A DNA stretch of 64,000 nt, taken from the NCBI GenBank assembly GCA_965226885.1, contig CBDDEL010000014.1, forward strand, positions 288,001-352,000, read 5' to 3'. The notes under the pieces are model-generated. The model did no database searches and had not been told where the DNA came from. It worked only from the letters and a program-made list of their open reading frames with translations. The position numbers and the translations under genes were made by a program. Positions 56,055-64,000 of the stretch are shown one piece after another (the stretch's first letter is position 1; each line of letters begins with the position of its first letter). The DNA comes from Opitutales bacterium (GTDB lineage Bacteria > Verrucomicrobiota > Verrucomicrobiia > Opitutales > UBA2987).

Positions 56055-57847
56055 TTATAATTCCTCGACCCAGAGAGTGTTGGCGATTCCGACATTTCCG
56101 GCCCAAGAACGGCCGCCGGCCCAGGATCTTCCCCCAGCCCATGAACGCCCGCCTGCCCATGATCTTCCGCCTGCCCAAGAACGCCCTCCGGCCCAGGAAC
56201 GCCCTCCGGCCCAGGATCTTCCGCCAGCCCATGATCTTCCGCCGGCCCAAGAACGCCCTCCGGCCCAGGATCTTCCCCCAGCCCAAGAACGACCACCGGC
56301 CCAGGATCGGCCGCCTGCCCATGTCATTCCATAACCCCAGCCCATCTGGTTGTCTTCCCAGGTGAGGCCGGATGATTCCAGAGTCTCCGAATCTATCCAC
56401 TCCAGGGTGTCTGTCCAGGCGGCGCCCAATGCCACCGTGGCTGCCTCTTCCTCATCATAGATGGTGTAAATAAAAGCGGAACTGTCATCGCTGGTCAGAA
56501 CATTGATCGGGCCCATATAATGGTAGGACATTTCAACCGGATCGACTTCGTCTGGGTCCACCATGTCGTCACCGTTCAGATCGACCCATCCGATTCCGTG
56601 GGCCAGATCGGCTTCCAAATCCATGCCGTAATTGGCCCGGCCGTCTTCCGGAATGTCGGCTCCGAAAATAGCGTTTGGCGCCCATATACGGCCCATTCCT
56701 TGTTGGAAGATATTGTAAACCAGGTCCCCGTCTGCATCGTTGATGGCGGGAGCCGCTGTGTACATTAAGCGAAATTTGACCTGATCGGGATCCAGGTCCG
56801 GGAGTGCGTCCAGCATCAGGGCCACCACACCTGAGGCAACGGCGGTGGACATGCTGGTTCCACTCATGCGAAAAAGGCTGCTCGATTCCGTATAATCGGG
56901 GTGTTGCTGGACCAGGGTGGCCGAATTGGTGATGTCGTCGGGATCGTTGTACATGAAAGAAACAATCTTGCTGCCCGGGGCCAGAATGTCGGGTTTGGCG
57001 AAATTATCCAAGGTCGGTCCCGTGGCCGACCAATCCGGCAGGATATCGTCCGACCAATCGGCAGCCGTCATATTGCTGTCCACTGCGCCCACCGTAATCA
57101 CATAAGGGTCGTTGCCCGGCACGGTTATACTTTCGGCGTTGGGCCCGGTGTTCCCAGCCGCGCCCACCACCACAATGCCGCTGGCCCAGGCTTGTTCCAC
57201 AGCCCGGTTTAATGGATCCACAAAATAGGGGGTGGTGGCATATGCGCTCAGGCTTAAATTAAGAACCCGGATTTTGTAATAATCTTTGTTATCAACGACA
57301 AACTGGATTCCTTCGATGACGTCCTCGTAAGTTCCCATACCCTCGTCATCGAGTGCCCTCACACTGAAGATTTTTGCGTTCGGGGCGATACCCAGGTAGG
57401 TATTCGAATCCAAATCTTTGAAACGGCTGCCGATAATGCCGGCCACATGGGAACCATGGCCATAGTAGTCTCGGCTGTTCTGGGCGTCGCTAATGCAAAA
57501 ACCGTCGTATTGCCACATGCCGTTCAGGTCGTCGTCGTCCACGCCGTCCAAATTTTCATCCTCGAAATACCCGTCATCGATACACATCCCATCGTCCACA
57601 AAATCAACCTGGGCAACAAAATGAATGGCATCTTTCATCGTCAGGATTTTTCCCTTCAGCGCCTCTGCATCCCCGTCGATTTCCGCTTCCGGTATGGGAA
57701 AGAAATACACTCCCGAATCAAGGACAGCAACCGTTACTCCTCCGCCCTTTATCTTCTCTCTGTGCAGTTCGTCGGCGCCCACATCCATACCAACGGGCCA
57801 AGCTTTGTCGGTCGCCTTCAGGTCTTTGATATGCACCTTGACTTTCT
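56055..57847 (-). pseudogene. S8 (subtilisin/AprX-like) serine peptidase: catalytic domain and C-terminal Trp repeats, separated from its 5' part by IS1
   Basis: VAVLDSG, GHGSHVAGII, AAGNTG, SGTSMS; joins in frame to 62700-63023 through the TSD GACTTTCT. Confidence 0.92.
56097..56321 (-). repeat. Coding tandem repeat of 18 bp: (WAGGRS)x12 plus WAG
   Basis: 13 Trp codons spaced exactly 18 nt apart; units differ only at synonymous positions. Confidence 0.97.
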
Positions 57848-59453
57848 GGTAGTGTATAAAAAAAGAATGTTATTTTGTATTTTTAGCTGTACAAATAGCG
57901 TTAGGCAGTTTATTCTTAGTGCATGGTTACTAAAATTATTAATTGTCGGCACTGTGGAAGTGAAAATATCATTAAATTTGGCAAGACGCCCAACCATAAA
58001 CAGCGCTACCGCTGCCATGATTGTGGTAAACAAAGCCGCGAAAACCCCACAGTGAAATACACCGAAGAGCAAAAAGAAATGGGTAGTGTTAACATTTTGA
58101 ATGTTTAAGCTGTACTTTTTAGCGTGATTATGTTGTGAACTGGGAATGGTCCATATCACAGTAAAATGTCCTCAATGCGGAAGCGATCACATCATCAAGC
58201 ACGGCAAGGATCCGAAAGGGGTTCAGAAGTATCGATGCAAGGGGTGTGGTTATCAGTTTCGGCTTCACCCCAAAAGTCGTGAGCATCCTCCGGCGCTGGT
58301 CAAGCAGGTGCTCCGTGCGCACCAAAACCGGATGAGCCTGCGTGCCATTTACCGTACCTTCGGGGTAGCCCCAAAGACGGTCATCGAATGGATTAAAAAA
58401 AAGTCCTGAGTTTGCCGAAGCTGGAGTCCACTCTGCTTGCCCGCCAGTGTAGTGATGTGCTGGAACTGGACGAGGTGTGGTCATTCTGGGGCGATAAGCG
58501 TTCGGGGCAGGTATGGCTATGGGTAGCCTTGTGTCGACGTACCCGACAGGTCGTCGGGTTTTCTCTGGGTGATCGTAGCGATCAAACGTGCTGGCAGTTG
58601 TATCACAACATCGCCCAGCCCTATCGCGACTGTGCCACCGTAAGCGATTACTGGGAAAGCTACGACAAGGTTTTCCCTCACAACAGCGCCAGCGGGAAAC
58701 AATCCGGCCAAACCGCCCATATCGAACGCTGGAACAATACCTTGCGACAGTCCCTGTCACGCTATGTGCGTAAAACGCTGTCATTCTCGAAGTCTTTGGT
58801 CATGCATTTTCGCGTCCTGTGCTTGTTCATCTGGGAATACAACAGCAATATCAAACATTCGTCATGTTAACACTACCAAGAAATGATCCTTCGAGTCTAT
58901 CAGGAACGCAGCAGTCTACGCGGTTTACAGCGCGCCTTCGGGGTGAGTCCCAACACCGTTTTGAGTTGGTTAAAAAAAACGACAATCGCTGCGACCGCTC
59001 AAAAGCACGATTCTTGCGGCCCGCCGCCATGATGTCATTGAACTGGACGAACTGTGGTCTTTTGTGGGGCGCAAGAGCGATGCCCAATGGGTTTGGATCG
59101 CTCTTTGCCGACGCACCCGTCAAATCCTCTCCTATGCCATTGGGCCTCGGGATTGGTATCGTTGCCGGGAACTTTACGAGCGTCTGCCACGGGCCTACAA
59201 AAGATGTGCCACCTACAGCGACTTTTGGAGCACTTATGATGAAGTCTTTCCTCATAACCGATCCGTGGGAAAAGAAACCGGTGAAACGGCCCATGTGGAA
59301 CGATGGAACAATACCCTGCGCCAACGACTGGGTCGTTTCACACGCAAAACCCTCTCCTTTTCCAAGCTTAAGAGTATGCATGAAACCTGTCTGAGACTTT
59401 TCATTCATCAATATAATCAAGAATTAGCCACCATTCCTACTTAATACACTACC
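57848..59453 (+). mobile_element. IS1 (IS-C copy 3) containing a nested different IS1
   Basis: Length 1606 = 802 + 796 + 8; left flank GACTTTCT, right flank GATTACCG. Confidence 0.95.
58082..58877 (+). mobile_element. Second IS1 family element (IS-D, 796 bp)
   Basis: IR GGTAGTGTTAACAT, 8-bp TSD AAGAAATG, insA 58146-58409, A-AAA-AAG -1 slip site, insB to 58870. Confidence 0.95.
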
Positions 59454-59535
59454 GATTACCGGAATAAGTTATATTTTTCACTTAAAACGCAGTTTGGGCA
59501 CATATTATTTCTCAATTTATAAAGGATTTCAAATC

Positions 59536-59575
59536 ATGAAATCAATTTTTAACATGCAAGGACCGGTTTACCTAG
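59536..59575 (+). pseudogene. Displaced start (13 codons) of the S8 protease gene
   Basis: AAGGA SD-like sequence, then MKSIFNMQGPVYL ending in CTAG; joins in frame to VSLLFLSATSSF (63020 downward) to give a plausible signal peptide. Confidence 0.7.
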
Positions 59576-61142
59576 CCCGGATATTTCATGAAGGGTAAAG
59601 TTTGGCTCGTTATTGCTATTGGAGATGGATTTCTTTGTATTTTGAGCAGATCGTCTTGATTTTTAGGTGTTTTTCAGGGTGTAGAGACACTGCCCCCTTT
59701 CCCCCATTGGTTCGGTAGTGCCGGGGGCAGCACCAATGCACCCTTTAGGTTGGCACCAATCGGCGGGCCGCATGGTTGAAAAGACTGGCCCAAGGATAAC
59801 TCTCACTTAGGTGAAAGTGAATCGTTCGGGTGTTGCGCACGATGACCGCTCCGATCTTGATTAATTTGAGCCGCAGGGTGTGGCATTGGGCCCGCGCCCA
59901 CTTCGTCCCTTTTAAGGCTAACCGGCGCATGGCTTCCATCAAGGTGTAGGCCAGCGCCGACAAGAGCAATCGCCACTGATTGGCCCACCATTGATGGGCG
60001 CTGGTGCGCTCGCTGAACAATTGCATCTGTTCCTTGATTCGGTTCTCCATTTCACCGCGGCCACAGTATACCTTGTCGTAAAGCTCCTGGGGATCGCCCG
60101 GCAGGTTCGTCACCACGAAGCGCGGGTTGGACCCCTGTGCGGTGTGTTCGGCTTTATGGATGACCAACCGCAGCCATCGCCACGAATCGGCAGCATAGAC
60201 GAAGTCCTGGAATAACCGTTGTTTTTTACCCCTTAGTTCGAACCATTCTTTGGCCTGCTTTTGCAACTGCTGGGCGTCTTGCTGCAAGCGTGCATTGCGA
60301 GCCATCCCCACGATGTAACTAACTTCGTTGCGGTCGCACCAAGAGAGTATCCGGTCTCGACAAAATCCACTGTCGGCGCGCCAAATAATCCGCGTACGGG
60401 GCCAGCTTTGGCGAATCCGTTTAACCAGCAATTTGAGGATGGCCCCGGCATGCTTGCTGGCATCGATCTTGCTCGGCCGCAGGTAGGCCACCAGCAGCTG
60501 ATCACCGCAAAAAACATATAGCGGCAGAAAACAGTAATGATCATAATAACCGTGGAAAAAACGTCCCTCCTGGAGCCCGTGCACCGGATTGTCGGTGGCG
60601 TCAAAGTCCAGGATGATCTCTTCGGGTTCCTCGGCAAAGGAGCCCATGAACTGTTCGACCAACAGCTCGTTTACCGCAAAGGCCGCCCGCCGATCCTGCC
60701 CGTTTTCAAAACGACACAAAGTCGGCGCGCTGGCCAACGTTTCAATGCGCCCCGTTACCGTTTGCAACAATGGATCGTGGCGCAGGGTATCAAAGTCGTT
60801 CAAATCCTCATAGCCCGCCACCAGCCCGTAAACGCGCTGCCGCAGCATCCCCAATACCTCATGGCGTACTTTGCCCTTCTGCCGTTTGTCCACTAACTGT
60901 CGGGCCGCTCGTTCGGTCAAGCCCAACTGCCGATCCACTTCCCGGATCAAAAGCAGTCCGGCATCCGAAGTAACCTCTCCGCCCTTGAAATCAACCCGCA
61001 CACGGCGGCCTTTTACCCTTGTCAACTGTAGCTTTAATTGTTTACCTTTTGTCATCGCTGATATTGCTTTAATTATTGATCTATCCTGCTGTATATCAGC
61101 AGTTAAGCATATCAACGATACTTTTTTTACGAAATATCCGGG
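59576..61142 (-). mobile_element. IS1380 copy 4, intact (1567 bp); transposase 59745-61115
   Basis: Both IRs present, CTAG on both sides, uninterrupted ORF. Confidence 0.96.
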
Positions 61143-61832
61143 CTAGGGGACCTGGAAAACCAGGCCAGAAGTCTCGACAACCTAGGGGCCTTGCGCATGG
61201 CGCAGGGAAATTATGAAACGGCCGGGAACAACTTCAACGCAGCTTTGCAAATCCGCGAAAAATTGGGCGAAAAATATGGAGTATCGCAGTCTCGGGCCAA
61301 CCTCGCTCAATTAGCTCTAACGGTAAATAACATCGAAGAAGCATTACCTCATGCGGTGGCTAGTATGGAATTGGCCAAAGAAACCGGCGGCAAGGAAATC
61401 GAGGTTTGGGCAGGCTGGGTTCTGGCGTTGGTGGAAGCTGAAAACGAAGAGATGGAGAATGCTTTGGCAACCGCTAACAGGGCATTGCAACTGGCCCAAG
61501 ATGAAGGGTTCCGGGATGAAGAAATCGATTGCCTGAGAACATGCGGAATTCTCATCGCAAGAACCGGTGCTTATATTAAAGCCGAAGAAACTTTACGACG
61601 GTCTCTCGATCTATCACTTGAGGGAAAGGATCCTTATCGTGAAGGCCTTGCTCATTTAAATCTAGGCTTAATCCACCTTGAAAAATTGGAACAAGATGTT
61701 TCTCCCGAAAGAGAAATATTGCGCAAGAAAACACAAGGCTTTCTGCATGCGGCGAAAGAAATATTTGAATCCATGGGTTCTTCCAAGAATCTTATTCAAT
61801 GCAACACCGCACTGAAAAACTGCACCTATTGA
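61143..61832 (+). pseudogene. C-terminal fragment of a TPR-repeat protein
   Basis: LGDLENQARSLDNLGALRMAQGNYETA..ALQIREKLG; frame open back to the IS1380 CTAG. Confidence 0.82.
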
Positions 61833-61896
61833 TAGTTCTAATTAATCACGTGATTATAACGTTCTGTTTAATTTGAATAAATTAGTCAGATTACCG

Positions 61897-62699
61897 GGTA
61901 GTGTATAAAAAAAGAATGTTATTTTGTATTTTTAGCTGTACAAATAGCGTTAGGCAATTTATTCTTAGTGCATGGTTACTAAAATTATTAATTGTCGGCA
62001 CTGTGGAAGTGAAAATATCATTAAATTTGGCAAGACGCCCAACCATAAACAGCGCTGCCGCTGCCATGATTGTGGTAAACAAAGCCGCGAAAACCCCACA
62101 GTGAAATACACCGAAGAGCAAAAAGAAATGATCCTTCGAGTCTATCAGGAACGCAGCAGTCTACGCGGTTTACAGCGCGCCTTCGGGGTGAGTCCCAACA
62201 CCGTTTTGAGTTGGTTAAAAAAAAACGACAATCGCTGCGACCGCTCAAAAGCACGATTCTTGCGGCCCGCCGCCATGATGTCATTGAACTGGACGAACTG
62301 TGGTCTTTTGTGGGGCGCAAGAGCGATGCCCAATGGGTTTGGATCGCTCTTTGCCGACGCACCCGTCAAATCCTCTCCTATGCCATTGGGCCTCGGGATT
62401 GGTATCGTTGCCGGGAACTTTACGAGCGTCTGCCACGGGCCTACAAAAGATGTGCCACCTACAGCGACTTTTGGAGCACTTATGATGAAGTCTTTCCTCA
62501 TAACCGATCCGTGGGAAAAGAAACCGGTGAAACGGCCCATGTGGAACGATGGAACAATACCCTGCGCCAACGACTGGGTCGTTTCACACGCAAAACCCTC
62601 TCCTTTTCCAAGCTTAAGAGTATGCATGAAACCTGTCTGAGACTTTTCATTCATCAATATAATCAAGAATTAGCCACCATTCCTACTTAATACACTACC
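61897..62699 (+). mobile_element. IS1 (IS-C copy 4, 803 bp, A9 slip run)
   Basis: Left flank GATTACCG, right flank GACTTTCT. Confidence 0.95.
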
Positions 62700-63023
62700 G
62701 ACTTTCTTTCCCCTTTTCGCGGATTTGATGCGTTTGTTTTCCACAATGGAGACAATCTCGGGATATGCGGCCAATTCACCCAAACGGAATGAGGGAATTT
62801 CTGCCGCTACGGCATTGATGATATGAAGATCGCTGGTGACCTCTCCTCCCAACTTTGCCACAATGTGCGCCGCCGTGCGGGAGTTTTGAGCCGTTGCGAT
62901 AATGGCTATGGAATCCGACTCGCTATCCCATAAACTTGTTTCAACATAAGCAGGTCCATTATTAACCGATGGATCTGGCTCATAAAATGAAGAGGTTGCA
63001 CTTAAAAAAAGTAGGCTTACTAG
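62700..63023 (-). pseudogene. S8 protease N-terminal part (signal peptide remainder and propeptide)
   Basis: Open frame LVSLLFLSATSS..LGGEVTSDLHIINAVAAEIP..KRGKKV, resembling an I9-type propeptide. Confidence 0.85.
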
Positions 63024-64000
63024 CCCGGATATTTCGTAAAAAAAGTATCGTTGATATGCTTAACTGCTGATATACAGCAGGATAGATCAATAATTAAAGC
63101 AATATCAGCGATGACAAAAGGTAAACAATTAAAGCTACAGTTGACAAGGGTAAAAGGCCGCCGTGTGCGGGTTGATTTCAAGGGCGGAGAGGTTACTTCG
63201 GATGCCGGACTGCTTTTGATCCGGGAAGTGGATCGGCAGTTGGGCTTGACCGAACGAGCGGCCCGACAGTTAGTGGACAAACGGCAGAAGGGCAAAGTAC
63301 GCCATGAGGTATTGGGGATGCTGCGGCAGCGCGTTTACGGGCTGGTGGCGGGCTATGAGGATTTGAACGACTTTGATACCCTGCGCCACGATCCATTGTT
63401 GCAAACGGTAACGGGGCGCATTGAAACGTTGGCCAGCGCGCCGACTTTGTGTCGTTTTGAAAACGGGCAGGATCGGCGGGCGGCCTTTGCGGTAAACGAG
63501 CTGTTGGTCGAACAGTTCATGGGCTCCTTTGCCGAGGAACCCGAAGAGATCATCCTGGACTTTGACGCCACCGACAATCCGGTGCACGGGCTCCAGGAGG
63601 GACGTTTTTTCCACGGTTATTATGATCATTACTGTTTTCTGCCGCTATATGTTTTTGCGGTGATCAGCTGCTGGTGGCCTACCTGCGGCCGAGCAAGATC
63701 GATGCCAGCAAGCATGCCGGGGCCATCCTCAAATTGCTGGTTAAACGGATTCGCCAAAGCTGGCCCCGTACGCGGATTATTTGGCGCGCCGACAGTGGAT
63801 TTTGTCGAGACCGGATACTCTCTTGGTGCGACCGCAACGAAGTTAGTTACATCGTGGGGATGGCTCGCAATGCACGCTTGCAGCAAGACGCCCAGCAGTT
63901 GCAAAAGCAGGCCAAAGAATGGTTCGAACTAAGGGGTAAAAAACAACGGCTATTCCAGGACTTCGTCTATGCTGCCGATTCGTGGCGATGGCTGCGGTTG
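63024..64000 (+). mobile_element. IS1380 copy 5, frameshifted, runs off the window
   Basis: Left IR after CTAG; T5 instead of T6 at ~63652 shifts the frame. Confidence 0.93.

Noticed and set aside
56097..56321. CRISPR array or non-coding VNTR
   Set aside because: There are no unique spacers and no cas genes; the 18-bp units are in frame and vary only synonymously.
57848..62699. Classical IS1 composite transposon carrying foreign cargo
   Set aside because: The inner flanks also share a TSD and the cargo appears to be the disrupted protease's own upstream region, so local rearrangement explains it better.

Overview
Bacterial chromosome segment; gene content and style suggest Verrucomicrobiota/Opitutales (inference). 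Bases ~1000-27460 are intact housekeeping genes: a moxR/DUF58/batA-E cluster, hyi-like, yicC, trpB, a GAF-PP2C/STAS pair, acnA, a peroxiredoxin, tyrS, TetR, an epimerase, aspS and a SpoIVB-type protease/beta-propeller pair. From ~28 kb onward the window is dominated by about 17 whole or partial insertion sequences (18 with the truncated copy at the left edge): 5 ISNCY/IS5-like, 5 IS1380, 5 IS1 of two types, 2 IS3 and 1 IS21. These are often nested and are interleaved with gene remnants and small intact islands (lplA-like, hisC, CNNM/CBS, argH, iscA-like, pilin, deaminase). Target-site duplications allow several broken loci to be rebuilt. The most interesting is a ~714-aa secreted S8 protease ending in 12 tandem WAGGRS hexapeptides, originally just downstream of a TPR gene and scrambled by two overlapping IS-mediated inversions. 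A ~227-aa protein with a RHIM-like VQIG motif can also be rebuilt. Perfect 6-25 bp tandem duplications recur throughout the accessory region. No rRNA, tRNA or CRISPR array was recognised.
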